This document shows, in pieces, positions 23,013-36,679 of a DNA stretch of 64,000 bases. The translations under genes and the position numbers were made by a program. The notes under the pieces are model-generated. The model worked only from the letters and a program-made list of their open reading frames with translations. It searched no databases and was not told where the DNA came from. This DNA is from Squalus acanthias (Eukaryota). Within the stretch, counting starts at the first letter, position 1. The number at the start of each line of letters is the position of its first letter. The stretch is taken from positions 109,556,001 through 109,620,000 of the forward strand of contig CM059431.1 in NCBI GenBank assembly GCA_030390025.1, given 5' to 3'.

Positions 23013-24635
23013 CTTGTGAGTTATGAGGTTATGCCTCTGAGTCAGAAGGCTATGGGTTCCAGCCATGCTTTAGAACAAGTGTACATAATCTAGGCTGACA
23101 CTCCAGTGCACTCCCAAGGGAGAGGTGCATTACCAGAATTGCGCTCCTTTGGATGATGTTTTAATGGCAGTATAATTGTACGAGGAGGGCTGGCCTATGT
23201 GCCTGAATAATCACCTGTACTCCTCTTGTATGAACTTCTGTGCTAAGAACAGTAATTCCTGAAATCTACCTCATATTGCATAAGCTATTTGATGATAAGA
23301 GTTCAAAACAGTTGAACATGCTGCAGCATTGAATCAAGACTGCTGGTTACTGAAAGATTTGAGTGTTTTATACCTTTTAATCCTTGGATGAAAGATAATT
23401 CCACTGAAGATTGTTCTTAGCAGCCCATTTTGATTAAGTTGACGAGTTGACATGTAGCCACAATGATACCAGGCTATATTTTAGAAACCAGATTCACACA
23501 CCACACCAGTGTAAACCACATTTCTGTCTGGGAAAGTTGTCAGTCAAAATACATATATTAGCATTTTAACCACACTGGCCCTGAAATTCCTATTGGGTCT
23601 CTCTGGCAGTGGGAAAATGGTGGAGTGGACCCAATCTCTGTCCAAGTGGGCAGGTCCAGATCCCATCCCACATTCTGGGGCCATCTGCATGGATGGGGTG
23701 AGATGCTGGTCTCTGGAAGGAGGCATCAGTGTTGCCCACCCCAACACCCGCCTGGAAAATCAGAATACCGCCTGCCACTCTGAGGCAGGAAGAGGAGAGA
23801 GACCCAGAAAGGACCCAACGACCAGGTCAGTTTTTTTTTTCCCAATGCAAAGCTGTTTGAAGGTGTCTCTTGGAGCCAGTATTCGAACATGTGTTCTTCT
23901 GTTATTGCAGGCCTGGTAGAACAGCCTGGAAGCAATGCCAGTGGTCCAGAACAACCCAGTACCTCGCAGCATTCTGCATTGTCACCAATGTTTGCAATCC
24001 CCAACACAGTTGCACATATCCTGGAAGATGCAGATATTGAGAAGATTTCACCAGATGAGTCACAGTGTACAAGTGAGATGGGGAAAGTGATGGTCCCCAG
24101 GTCCTAATGACAATTACCACCAACTAGAATTTTTACCTTTATACTGCCAGGTAAATAGAGTAAATAAAGTCTGAAGTTGATTGGAATTCACTTCCCGGTT
24201 TTGCTACTTTGGCTTCATAAACCCATGATTGAAATCAGTATTCATTTTATTTATTAATCGGCACGCAATGAAGCCTCTCAACCATGGTAGCAGCTTTTCA
24301 TTCTGAATTTATAGATCTCTGCTTGGCTATATTTTGTTCAAAAAGGGATGAATATCTAACATGAGAGATTAATTTCACAAATGTAAATGTGTAGACAATA
24401 GGGACTGCAAAATGTTACATGAAGTACATTTGCTATTAGCAGTCCCTATGGTCTGCCAGAGGAGATCCAAATGACTGATGGTGCAACTCTTTTCTATAAC
24501 AATGACACTCTAACATATTTATGATTAGTTTAAGAACAGTCTAGTAAAGTAGATGCATATTGCAACTTTTTGTTAAAGATTACTGAAATTGCTGTTATCA
24601 AAAGCAGGACCATCTCATTTTATTCTTACATTTCA

Positions 24636-25148
24636 GCTGGGCTCAGTTGGTGGCATTATAACGTCTGAGGCAGTTGTTATGGATTCAAAGCCCACTGCAA
24701 GATTTGGAGCACCTAATCTAGCCTGACACTTTAGTACAGTACTGAAGCAAGTGCTGCAAGTGCCTTTTGAATGAGACATCAAACTGAGGCCCTGTTTGTC
24801 TGTTACAGTGGTTCATGTGGATGTATAAAGTCCCCAGGCACTGTTCAATAAACAGCAAGGAGTTCTCTCAGTGTCCCAGCCAAAATTCCTCCTCCAACTA
24901 ATCCCACCAAAAACAGAATAACCAGTCATACATCTCATGTGCTGTTTGTGGGATCTTGTTGTGTGAACATTGGCTGTCACAGTTGCCTATGTAACAACAG
25001 TGACTGCAGTTCAAAAGTAATTCACTGGATGTAAAGCATTCTGGGACGTCTTGAGGATGTGACATGGCGCTTTTTCTTGGGCTGCGCCAGATGGACTGAA
25101 ACTACTTTTTCTGGTTGTGTTTCTACAAATGCAAGTTCCTTCTTTCCT
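24636..25148 (+). mobile_element. Deu-domain SINE, diverged
   Basis: tRNA-like head GGCTCAGTTGG...GGATTCAAAGCCC, and a body matching the other copies. Confidence 0.72.
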
Positions 25149-25689
25149 TTTCCTAGGATTTTGCAGTACCTTTTGCCCTTAATTCACGCTGTGGGACATG
25201 AACATACAAGTGCTTCAGGCATTTTTCTCAAATTCCTCTCCCACCTAAAGTAGTAAAACTTCAAATGAACATGTTAAGCATTGTAGGCTAGAAACCGATA
25301 GCATCATTTCAGAACCTAAAATTAGGTTCAATTCACTTCAGCATGAAAAATCGTAATATAGAATAGCCAAATTTGAATCTGCTTTGCTACACTAGGATAT
25401 ATTTTTTGCTCCTGGCAATGAGGCACTGGGATCGGAGTATGGTGAATGTTGTGGTCGTCTGCTTTTGAAATGGCTAACCTTTTGTGTTTTTTCGGGACTG
25501 GCCTCATTAGTTATTCATGGTAAGCTCCTGCCTGGATTGCGCCTGTGATCAGGAGGTCACTTAAAGTGGAGTGCACAAAATTGTGTGCAGCTGCTCTTAA
25601 AGGGCTGCTGCGGTATTAAAAATGAGGTTGTTCTTGTTGGGCTGGCAGAAAACGTCAGGCCCCAAAATCTGTTCAATGGTGTTGTTGAA

Positions 25690-25915
25690 CACTTTCCATT
25701 CATTGATGGATCTATGAAGCTGAGCCTACATCAAGTGGATAAAAGGAGGGCAGTCTTGTTTGGCATTCAGGGTACCCCTTCCACAGGAGAGCTGTGCCCA
25801 CTGCATGGAAGGAGTTGTCACAAAGGATGATTCTGCTCTTCAACATCCAGAGGACCTGGGAGCAGATGAGGGAAATGTTTGGAAGGATCAGGAAATCAGC
25901 CAAGAAAAGGTTATG
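25690..25915 (+). pseudogene. Degenerate Myb/SANT (Harbinger ORF1-like) remnant
   Basis: FPFIDGSMKLSLHQVDKRRAVLFG, a frameshift, then AWKELSQ...QRTWEQMREMF. Confidence 0.55.
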
Positions 25916-26044
25916 CAGAATCTCCCCATGCCAAGTAGATGGGCAAAGTATGCACACTACAAAGAGTTTGCTCTTCACCCGTTTTACTCTGACTGAGGCT
26001 TCTTGCAAAAACATTCAGATGACATTATGGTTATCAGACATTAC

Positions 26045-28415
26045 GGGCTTGATTTTGTCATTGGGGCGGGCTGGGGTCGTGTCATCCACTTTTCGTGTTA
26101 GCCACCCGACTCCAATTGGATGTGGGAGAATTATTCGATTTTCCCCTAATTGGGCAATTGAGTTCCAGCATGTGGGAACCCATGACCGAATTAGTGTTTT
26201 CAGTCTAAAAGTCGCCTCTGATGATGTCATCATTGCTGCTGCATTTAAGGTCTGCAAAGACTGGGAAGCTTTCGGCGCCGGCGGCTGCGGAGGAGGAGGA
26301 GGAGGAGGAGATGGAGATGGAGATGGAGATGGAGATGGAGATGGAGATGATGATGATGCACAACAATGGTTATGACTGCTAAAAGTTCCCCCAGAATCCC
26401 CAGAATGATGATTGATCAAATCTCCTTCTTAATGGTGGACCTGCAGCTGATAGTCAGCAATCCAAGTGTGCTGCCGCCAGGTTTCACCGTCGTGTTTCGT
26501 AGGAGGCGTGCATCACGTCGGAAAAGTGTTAAAATCAGAAAGGCCTCTCAAAATGGGATTATAGAGGCAATTAAGTGGTTGTTAAGGGACTATCCCGCCT
26601 CTTGGAGGCGGGACGGAGACGGGATCAGAAACCACGCATTTGGGAAAATTGCTTGGAGGCGGGGTTGGGCCTGTAAAGTTTCGCAATTATCGCGATTCAA
26701 AATAACAAGATAGAAGCAGATTTGTTTGATCAGTTTTATTAAACGAAATGCTGTCATGATATAAAGGACACAGAAGCCTGTAAAATGGCCGCCGCGCATC
26801 GTGGCAGAAGCTTCCAGAATTACAGTGGGCAGACAAGATGGCGTCGAATAAACATTCAATATAAGATTGGATCATACTCGGTAAACATTGATAAAGACAG
26901 GATGCAACCTGTTTGCATTTGAAACAATAGCAAAGTATAAGTGCTGGAATCGTTTTCCATGCACAAGTAAGGACCATTGTACTGGGCAATCGAAGGCCCA
27001 TCCAGACACAGCAATAAACATATACCCCCACGGCTCTACAATGAGAGAGCCATTCACGGGTGATTAAGTCAGTATTCGGGGGGCCCCAAAACCAGTCAGG
27101 GAAACGAGTCATACGATCCTGGCTGGGTCAACAATGGGGAAAACATTAACGGATAGTTGGCCAGTTTCAGGTGCTACCGAAACCCGTTAAAGGAAAGAAT
27201 CGCCCCATGCTGGGAGTTTTGTGCACCAGTATTACACAAAGGACAAACATTAAGATTTGAGCGGGAGATAAGGGAACACATCACTATAACTATAGAGAAC
27301 AAATGTCCATCGGTCTCTTGACTCGGGCTGAACTCTTATTCTCCGGGCTCTTGACTCTCTTATTCCCTTGACTCGCTCGATCGCTGGCTGAAGCTCTTCT
27401 TTAGGGCTGGACTTTGTTGACTCTTGACTTTTAGCCATACTGGTCGGTTATTCGAATGTTGGGTGGAGCTCAATCGGAACGAGCCGCCCCGACAAGGGCA
27501 AGTAGCAGGGTGCATCATCCCAAGTGTCGGTAAATGGTGTCTGGACCCGGAGGCCCGAAGAGACAAGATGAGACGACAAGAAAAGAAGAAGAATTCACGT
27601 GCCGCCACGGTCAGTAAACCCCGACCGCGCCCGAAAATACAAATAAAGAACTCTTCATTGAAATCTACCGACAACCGGTGTCGGGAACAGCAAGACTCTT
27701 CTTTGAATTTTACAAACGTTTCCGAGTTCTACCGAGTTCTTCATGACAACAGAGAGTCTGGCCTGCTTGTCGCAGCAGCGAAGATAAACAAGTGGGGTAC
27801 GGAGACCCCTCCAAACACGTGACAGTCAGGCGCTGCAGCGAAACGAGCCGAGTGCCTCACTTTAAAATTCTCCGAAGTAACACGAGTGGTGAGCATGTTT
27901 CCCGATCCTACAAATCTAGACGTAGTGTAGGTATTGTTAAGGGAGGGTGGTTTTATTAAGGTTAAAGTATAATGTGTTCCCCTTTTTACGATGTGCCGTG
28001 CGTTCTTCATTTCCATAGACCAAGCTTTATGAATGTATGTTTACTTGTACTCTCGTTAATTTGCGCCTATGACATGTACTTCATGATTTTGGACGCTATG
28101 CAATAAAGATTTCCATTTCGTACTATTCAACCGGGTCTATTTGAGTTTTTCTCTGCATTACTGCTTCTGCACCTAAGTCCAGTGTTAGAACCGTAAGGGT
28201 GAGTGGGTCGAACCACTCACAGGTGCTTATTGCAATAAGGCTGGCCGGAGACCAGAGCAAGCAATAGTATTAGGCAACGAAAGCCTAACCTCGCACCAGC
28301 ACTGTCTGTGATACAAGCACGACAAAACCCTTACAGGCCCGCCTGCCATTTTTTGCAATTTTAACACCCCATACGCCTCCATTCCCACCTCCTCGGGCCT
28401 GGCAAAATCGAGGCC
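26045..28415. mobile_element. Non-autonomous Harbinger element hosting a solo LTR
   Basis: TIR GGGCTTGATTTTG / CAAAATCGAGGCC with TSD TAC/TAC. Internal (GGA)n(GGAGAT)n(GAT)n microsatellite. Confidence 0.8.
26672..28335 (+). mobile_element. Solo LTR, 1664 bp (family A, copy 1)
   Basis: TGTAA...TTACA termini, 4-bp TSD GGCC/GGCC and AATAAA at ~28102. Second copy at 36680. Confidence 0.85.
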
Positions 28416-29435
28416 TACAGCTCTCTCATAGCTTCACACGTATTCCATACTGCAACGGAGCAAACTTATAACTGCTACTTAAAACATTAACTGTTATCAC
28501 GTTGGGATTTGCAAAGATAAGTCCACAAAGCAAAATTACAACAGAACTCAGCTGAATGATGGATATTCATTTACTCACGCATAAACTGGGATGCAAGATG
28601 TTACTCTACATGCTCTTCCAGCTCCCAACATCTCAACACTATTTCTTCGCTTGCAGTCCAAACTCGGAGCATTTCATGATCTAGGGGTGTTTATACCTCC
28701 ATATGTATTGTGATTTTCCAAGTTTTGAAGCAAACTAGAATTCCTGATCGTGTACAGACAGTGTAACCTGTTATTTGATTTGCCTCACTCACACCTGCAA
28801 GCTGGCTGAACAGCAGCTTTAATCTCAGGCACTTACACATTATATGGCTCCCTTAAACAGCCACAGTGATTGCTATAAAATATCTCCACAGCACAGTATT
28901 CTGTCAGGAAATCAATAAATCAGCATTACTTTTGACCTTTTACACCCATAATAGCCAACAAGGGATTAAGTAGGATAGAAATATTATAGAGGGACCAAGA
29001 AATTACAGGCGCCTTAACTGCATTCACATCAGTTTTTACAGATGAAGATTGGACAAATTCCTGATCCAGTTATTTTGACTCGGGAATCAGTAACATACAG
29101 AGGTCAGTAAATCATATTGTTCAATTGTTGGGTCTTTACACCAGATATTTCCTTGGTTCAGTTTTACTGACCATTCCCTTAAGGGGACCTTGTATCCCCT
29201 ATGAAACATACTTGCCCAGTATCTAGGTAAATGTACCAAGTGGCAGGGATTAAACAGAGAACTCTTAACCACTGTACATTGGCTTACTTACTGGATGTAT
29301 TTCCTGCCTCCATGTGATGGTCCTTGACTTTGGCAGAGTATAAACATTCCATCAGACCATAACTTAGACTGACTCTAAACTAACAGACACATTCATTGAC
29401 CATTAAACAGGTAACTAAAACAGTAGATTTTCAAT

Positions 29436-29580
29436 AATAACAACAGAAAATGCTGGAAATACTCAGCAGGTCAGGCAGCATCCGTGGAGAGCCTCTCCAG
29501 AGATGCTGCCTGACCTGCTGAGTGTTTCCAGCATTTTCTGTTGTTATTTCAGACTTCCAGCATCCGCAGTATTTTGCTAT
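29436..29580. mobile_element. Penelope-like inverted terminal fragment
   Basis: Near-perfect palindrome of the arm seen at 6124. Confidence 0.7.
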
Positions 29581-30141
29581 TGTGGTAGATTTTCAATAAT
29601 TTGCAGACTTTACCATTCTCCTCAGAATGTCAACAACAATGTCACGCCTTCTGCACTAATATTCAGCATAAAGCTAATCCCTGAAACAAGGATCCTTTAC
29701 TTCTTATGTGGCCATTTGCTATCATAGCTTCCCGAGCCTTTCCTATCGTTGTCGGTTTCATATGAGTGCTCCCTGTGAGTGCTGCTCCTTGCTGCGAGTG
29801 CACAATTGGGGAATCGGGTCTTTCATATTCAAAATAATGACATCAAACAAAATACATTAAAAATGGTATTCCTCAACTACGTTTGGCTGATCAGCCATTC
29901 ACAGTTCACAGGCTTCAAGATACTAAGGATGTTTGCTGGATAAGTAAGATCAGTAATACCCTTTGAAGCTCATGACCTGCAGTTTTACAGTACTCATACT
30001 TATCCATATAATTATCAGGGACACTGCTAGACAGAGTGACACTCATGGCTCTACACTCCACAGACATTAGCATATTAAATCACCTTTTATTCCACAGGAA
30101 CAAGCTACATGTTAAATAAGACCAATCCACAGGCACGTAGA

Positions 30142-30812
30142 GTGGGGGTCACCATTGACCAGAAACTTAACTGGACCAGCCACATAAATACTGTGGCTAC
30201 AAGAGCAGGTCAGAGGCTGGGTATTCTGCAGCGAGTCTCTCACCTCCTGACTCCCCAAAGCCTTTCCAACATCTACAAGGCACAAGTCAGGAGTGTGATG
30301 GAATACTCTCCACTTGCCTGGATGAGTGCAACTCCAACAACACTCAAGAAGCTCGACATCATCCAGGACAAAGCAGCCCGTTTGATTGGCACCCCATCTA
30401 CCACCTTAAACATTCACTCCCTCCACCACCGGCATACCGTGGCTGCAGTGTGTACCATCTACAAGATGCACTGCAGCAACTCGCCAAGGCTTCTTCGGCA
30501 GCACCTCCCAAACCCACGACCTCTTCCGCCTAGAAGGACAAGGGCAGCAGGCGCATGGGAACACCACCACCTCCAAGTTCCCCTCCAAGTCACACACCAT
30601 CCTGACTGGGAAGTATATCGCCGTTCCTTCATCGTTGCTGGGTCAAAATCCTGGAACTCCCTCCCTAACAGCACTGTGGGAGTACCTTCACCACACGGAC
30701 TGCAGTGGTTCAAGAAGGCGGCTCACCACCACCTTCTCAAGGGCAATTAGGGATGGGCAATAAATGCCGACCTTGCCAGCGACACCCAGATCCCAGGAAC
30801 GAATTTGAAAAA
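30142..30812 (+). mobile_element. CR1/L2-group LINE (family B) 3' fragment
   Basis: GVTIDQKLNWTSHI...EYSPLAWMSA...HHLLKGN, same family as 42495-52048. Confidence 0.85.
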
Positions 30813-31079
30813 AACATATTAATGTCTACAGTATATCAGACCATAATATATATTATATACCTATTGAAAGCAGCAAGAAAGAATTCAAGAAATAATCCAT
30901 CATACATGTTACATCACTATATCAAAAATTTTAATTTTTTTTTGTCGTGTGCTATGAAGAAATTGAAGGAATTAAAGGAGAGTTGTACTGCTTTGTTGCT
31001 CCCTGCACATGCTGGGAAACTGCATCCTCAGCCCAAAACATCTCTGTCCATTCATTTTGTGCATTAATCAAGCAGAAAC

Positions 31080-32640
31080 TCTCTCTTTAAGTATCTATGA
31101 GGCAGATGGCTGGAAAGACCTACTCAGAATCCTCAACAAAATGAATAAAGCATTTGGCGAGGCTCCGATTAATATTATTATAAGTGCCAGAAATGTAGCA
31201 GTGGGAGCATGAAGAATCTTAGTCTGATGTTCGAAACAGGGAGTGAGACATTAAACTGCAAATTATAGGCCAGCTATTCTAACTTCAATAGTATGGAGAT
31301 GCTGAAAAGCATTTTATGCAATGCGATTTATGTTCATCTAGGGAGAAAGTGCTCTTTCTTGCTTTAGCTAAAGAGCACATAAGCAATAGTCTTTGAACAA
31401 GCTGGTTACACTTCAGTAATACACAGAAGTTCTGAGGAAGAGGTAACGACACTAATGGATAAGTATAATTTACTTAGATTGGAAGCATTTGATAGCGTCC
31501 CACATCTGAGGCTTTGAAAGAAAGCAACATCTCATGGAATTAGTATTAATTAAACTAGCTAAATTGATAACCGGCTTCACGGTAGAAAGTAAAAGGTGAC
31601 GATGTGTGGAGAAAAGCTTGCATAGACAGGCAATGATTAGCAAAGTACTGCAGGGATCTGTTCTGGGTCCACTTCTGTTACTTTTGTTAATGACACTAAG
31701 CTAGGTGATGAGCATAAAGGAGACTGATAACATTCAAAGGGATCCAATCCAAATAAACAAATAGGCTAAGGAATCACCAATTGATCTGAATGCACGTAAG
31801 GTAATACATTTTGGAATATGAAACTCTTGTACATGATGAAAAGATGTCCATTATCAAAGGTGGAAATGGAAATGATCTTGGGTGTGATTCACTGAAAGCA
31901 TAGAGTCAAAATAAAGCTGTTATCAACAAGATTATAGGGGTAGAAATTGGTATGCGTTTTTCGGGCGAAAATAGGTGCAAAGTATAACAATTTTGCAGTG
32001 GGAGGGCCCATGCCGAATCTGCACCGGCATTGGCCCAACTTCTAAATTCGTGGGACCCTTTTTTAGGCGTCCCTGGCGGATTAGTTGGCAATGACCGGGG
32101 GATGCACCAGTCTCTTCAGTGGCCCGCACCATTGCCAACTTTGGGCACGTTAAAAAAAATTAATTAAAAAACCTGTCCTGTGGAGCCAGGTGAGCAGGAC
32201 TATCCCCACCAACTCCACAGGAGCCACAGTCAGCCCCCTCAGCAGCCTACTCCAATCCCCCACCCCCCACTCCCAGGATATACCTGGCATTGATGCCTTT
32301 TCTCAGGCGAACTACTGCGGAGGCATGACCAGCGCTGGCAGCTCGTGCTGAGTACATCAATAAGGCCCAAGAACCAATTTCCATCGAGCCTCAGGCCTCT
32401 CGGTTCGGGCGCACGCTGATCGCACAGTGCCGAGTCTGGGGCAGAAAATGGGCCCTGACTAATTTCTAAGCCATCAAGGACTAACATGCATCTTAAGGTC
32501 ATTTGATTATTTTAACTCTGCCTACATAATTGGTAAAGCCACATTTCAAATATTGTGTGTATCTTTTGGGACGCTTCAAAAAGACATGGATAAGCACTGG
32601 AGCAAAGAAGAACAATACAGATAATTCCAATACTTACAAC
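31080..32640 (+). mobile_element. Highly degenerate CR1 fragment interrupted by a MITE
   Basis: Remnants NYRP..LTS, AFDSVPH, QGSVLGPLL, LVKPHFKYCV. Confidence 0.6.
31937..32472. mobile_element. Harbinger-type MITE
   Basis: Ends GGGGTAGAAATTGG / CTAATTTCTAAGCC. A further right-end TIR (CAATTTCTACCCC) lies at 33421-33433. Confidence 0.55.
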
Positions 32641-33940
32641 TTTGTTCCGGGAGGGTGTGATCCAGGTCTTTGGAACGACAAGAAATGTAGCTGTGAGCGA
32701 AGTATTTTAGTTGGGCTGCAAGCATAAAGCATTTTTTTGGTCAGCCACATGTCTGGCATGTGAAGAAACTCATTACCATACTGAAGCATCTCCAGCCCAC
32801 ACGAATCCGCAATCCATATAGAGTGAGGAAGAAATGATTATGCATTGTGGCCATTATTCGAGCACAATGTTTACCTATTCTGGCTGCCGCCATATTAGCC
32901 CTTGCTGTTTTTAGGCATCCCCGGAGGCCGCCTGAAAGCAGTGTTGGTCTAATTTAAATATGCAAAGAAGGGCCTTGTTTCATTCAGGAACCTTCTGCAA
33001 TATTTGCAAAACATCTAGGCGGAGCATGTCCAGTGAATGCTCTGAATAGTTTCCTCCCGTTCTACAGCGACGTAACCAGTGGTTCTTAAAGGGAAAGCTG
33101 CATGTGGCGGAAAAGAGTTAGGTTGTTTGGATTCTACTTACTTTGATGTGGAGTTCCTTCTGGCTGCTCAGGAACATTGTTTGCTCTGCGGCCCACACTC
33201 GCCACCCCCCCCCCCACCGGCCCTCACACCCTCTCTTGCTTGCCTCCCCACCCTTCAATGACTCTTGTGCCGAAATTAGGGCAGCCTGGATCATCGAGAT
33301 GCTTGGGGGCCGCAGCTTGTGGCTACTGTTACAATGAGGGCCAAGGATCAATTTCTCATGAAACATGGACCTCCACCTTTGGGCCTAGGGATCATCCGAC
33401 ACCCGAAAACTCTCCCAAATCAATTTCTACCCCAGTGCTTGTTTGCCTGATCTGGGGTGTGCAATCGCGTCCCCCAATAGGAACACAACCTGCTTACTTA
33501 TTCCAAAGAATTCTGTTGCAGGTTAGCAAGAGCCAAGGCTTAGTATTGCTGGATTATTATCAGGTAAAATTGCACAGCGCTGGTAAGCTTCTCACTGCTT
33601 GTCCAGCTATGACCACCGTACCCATCAGGGAAGTGGCTAGCAGGGTTATCTGGAGGCAAGTGGGAAGAATCCCAGCCCCCAGTAACAGATCTTCCTCTCG
33701 AGGACATGACAATACCGAACGGTGTTTTATAAAAAATATTTCACCAATCAAAAAGTGTGATGATAGAGTATGACACCAAAGGATAACACAGGAAATGTGA
33801 TGCCAGTGTTACAGATAGAAACTGTGTAATATTGCATTATTTTTACAATATTACTAGTGAATCTCCCATGCACTACTAATGATACATCAAAGAGTGCCAT
33901 GTTTTAAAAGACAAAAACATTATACCATGTAAAACACAAT

Positions 33941-34086
33941 GAGAGTCATTTTAACCTTTGGCAGAAGTATAAAATGGGTGATATTGGATCAGCCTCCCAT
34001 TACACACCCCACCTAATTTTCCTTTCCATCAAAGACTGATCCGATACCACTCATTTTACACTATCGGTAAAAGTTAAAATGACCCC
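33941..34086. mobile_element. Short palindromic MITE
   Basis: GAGAGTCATTTTAAC...GTTAAAATGACCCC with long imperfect arms and TSD AAT/AAT. Confidence 0.7.
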
Positions 34087-34152
34087 AATGTATTATTCCG
34101 ATGCTGAACTGTCGGTGCATGTCCTTTTAAGGCGATAAGATCTAATTAGTCC

Positions 34153-34263
34153 ACGTTTCCTACATTACAACAGTGACTACATTCAAAAGTACTTCATTGG
34201 CTGTAAACGCTTTGGGACATCCAGAGATCGCGAAAGGCGCTATATAAATGCAAGTCTTTCTTT
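34153..34263 (+). mobile_element. Deu-domain SINE 3' tail
   Basis: Matches the 3' end of the other SINE copies. Confidence 0.7.
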
Positions 34264-34767
34264 TGCATTCTTGAAATGAATGTTCAGGTCAGTTATAGGT
34301 GAGGCTGCAGATCAGAACCCTGACTTTGTTTGTGGGAAGGTAAATTAAGAAGCTTCAGATATTTGGTCCCAGTGTTGGGTATAATACAAAAATCTGTGCT
34401 CGGCAATGTGTGATGTCCAGAGTTTGACATCTAGAGTGTTGACATATCATTGTTCTTGATAGATAGATATTAAATAGTGTTAAACTAGTTTCTACAATAG
34501 CTATACAAGACATAAATAATACAGAAATATACTTCATAGAAAGTAGTGATAATATTAAATCCACTTTGCAAATAACGGAGATAGTACTGAATTGTTATGC
34601 ACTGTACAAAATAGCTAACTTGCCAGATTATGCTGTATTCTAGGAAATGGATGACAGCAGTTCACACTGCAATAGCAATATACTGACATTTTCCTTCTTA
34701 GGGGGCAGAAAATTATATTTTAATAGGACTGACAACTAGTAGGCAAATGGAAAAGGCGGTAGTAGAA

Positions 34768-35125
34768 ATAAGAACATATGAATTCAGAGCAGGAGTAGGC
34801 CATACGGCCCCTCGAGCCTGCTCCGCCATTCAATAAGATCATGGCTGATCTTTGACTTCAACTCCACTTTCCCGTGGATCCCCATATCCCTTGATTCCCC
34901 TAGAGTCCAAAAATCTATCAATCTCAGCCTTGAATATACTCAACGATTCAGCGTCCACAGCCCTATGGGGCAGAGAATTCCAAAGATTCACAACCCTCTG
35001 AGTGAAGAAATTCCTCCTCATCTCAGTCTTAAATGGCCGATCCCTTATCTTGAGACTATGCCCCCTAGTTCTAGACACTCCAGCCAGGGGAAACAACCTC
35101 TCAGCATCTACCCTGTCAATCCCCT
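34768..35125 (-). mobile_element. CR1 LINE 3' fragment
   Basis: ORF 34839-35096 is a CR1 C-terminus. Confidence 0.87.
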
Positions 35126-35217
35126 GAATTTGTAGAAGTTTGTGGATCAGATAATTAATTTTTAAGCTGAATCCTGACTCTGATCATATAACAGTGAGTC
35201 AGCCATTGTTTCTCAAT

Positions 35218-35961
35218 GGGCCGAAAATTGATCCCGGGACGCGAGAGTACGCACTGCATACTCTCGCGTATTCCCACTCCAATTGCCGGTTTTCTGCATG
35301 CCCTGCGCATGCGCTGAAAACCGGCAATTGCTCTTCCGAAAAGGGGGCGGTTCCTCGGTGCATCGCGTGCGCGCTACAGGCTGCGCGCACGCTGTGCACT
35401 TCATGCTTTGGACGCGCAGGTAAGTAGGGAAGATTTTGGAAATGTAAAAAGGAGGAGTAAGACCCGCTTTTAAGAAGGTAAGTAGTGAATTAAGTATTTT
35501 TTTGAATTTTTTTTTACAGGTATATCTTTTTTATAGACTTTAAAGACAGGTAAGTTTATTTTTATAACTTTTTAAAAGATTTTAAATTTTTTCAAAAATT
35601 TAATTTTTTATTTAAAATGGTTAATTTAATTAACTATACTTATTTTATTAATGTGATGGGTTTTTTTTTAAATTTAATTGAGGTTTAGCTGTTATTTTGG
35701 GGGGGTGTAAGATTCATAAGTCTCACAGCCATGCTGTGAGACTTATGAATGGAAGATGGTGTGCTGCCATTGGCTCTAACTGAGTCACGTGATCCCACAG
35801 CTCGCACGAATTCACTACGCCGCTGGGATACGCAAGCCCAGCACAGCTGATGTCTGGAACATCAAGTTCGTGCGAGCTGGATCAGAAAAAGCATAAGCGA
35901 GGTGAGACATCGCGGGGAAGGCTTACCCCCGCGGGAACAGAGCGAGATCAATTTCTGGGCC
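35218..35961. mobile_element. Harbinger-type MITE with AT-rich core
   Basis: TIR GGGCCGAAAATTGATC / GATCAATTTCTGGGCC with flanks AAT/ATT. Confidence 0.75.
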
Positions 35962-36679
35962 ATTGTGATTAGCCACAAACTCACAAATGTGTAACCAATT
36001 TCTAATCATGCTTGGTATGCATTACCATGTGCGTGAACAAGTTTCGACATGCACAAAATCCCCTTTTTGCTTGGCTGGCTTGTGGTCCTTTAGTATTTAA
36101 TATCGTTTTCATATAGTGCACGTTGTTCATTTTAATTATCATGAGTAGATCACGGCAAGAATAATCAGAGTCCATTGTGATAATGGGGAGCTAATTTGGG
36201 TGTACAATATGAGAAACAATTTTGTAACTTGTGGGTGATGAATTTATAGCATCATGGAAATTACAACACAGAATCAGGCCATTCGGCTTGCTGCTAACTC
36301 GACAACTGGAGCTGTCTCTAATCCCACTTCCTTGCTCTTTCTCTACATCCTTTTATATTCTTCCTTGCCAAATACTAATCCAAATCTCTAACATGAAGTC
36401 ATAGTCTGTACCTCAAAAACCACTTGTGATGAAACATTCCATGATCTAATCATCCTCTGTGTGAAATAACAGCCCACGATATAAATGTATGCTGAATTTG
36501 GCAACCTGCCCAGCTAAACTGGGATATATCCTGGAGTAGTAAAGTGTAAAAGTCAGGGTCTTCATTTATTTGGGTTCAAATCTTACTGCAATGTGGCTGC
36601 TTGAAGCACCAAAACATATGCACCAGGATAATCACCCATAAAGCTCCCTTTCGTGGACTGGCAGGGATCAGAGATCCAG

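Noticed and set aside
25794..26419. ORFs with poly-G/GD or SP repeats
   Set aside because: Products of a (GGA)n(GGAGAT)n microsatellite inside a MITE.
27424..27822. 132-aa basic ORF inside LTR A as a viral accessory gene
   Set aside because: The frame is not preserved in copy 2 (microsatellite frameshift and deletion), it has a non-ATG start and I recognise no motif.
33177..33773. 198-aa ORF
   Set aside because: Non-ATG start, spans a MITE boundary and has no recognisable domain.
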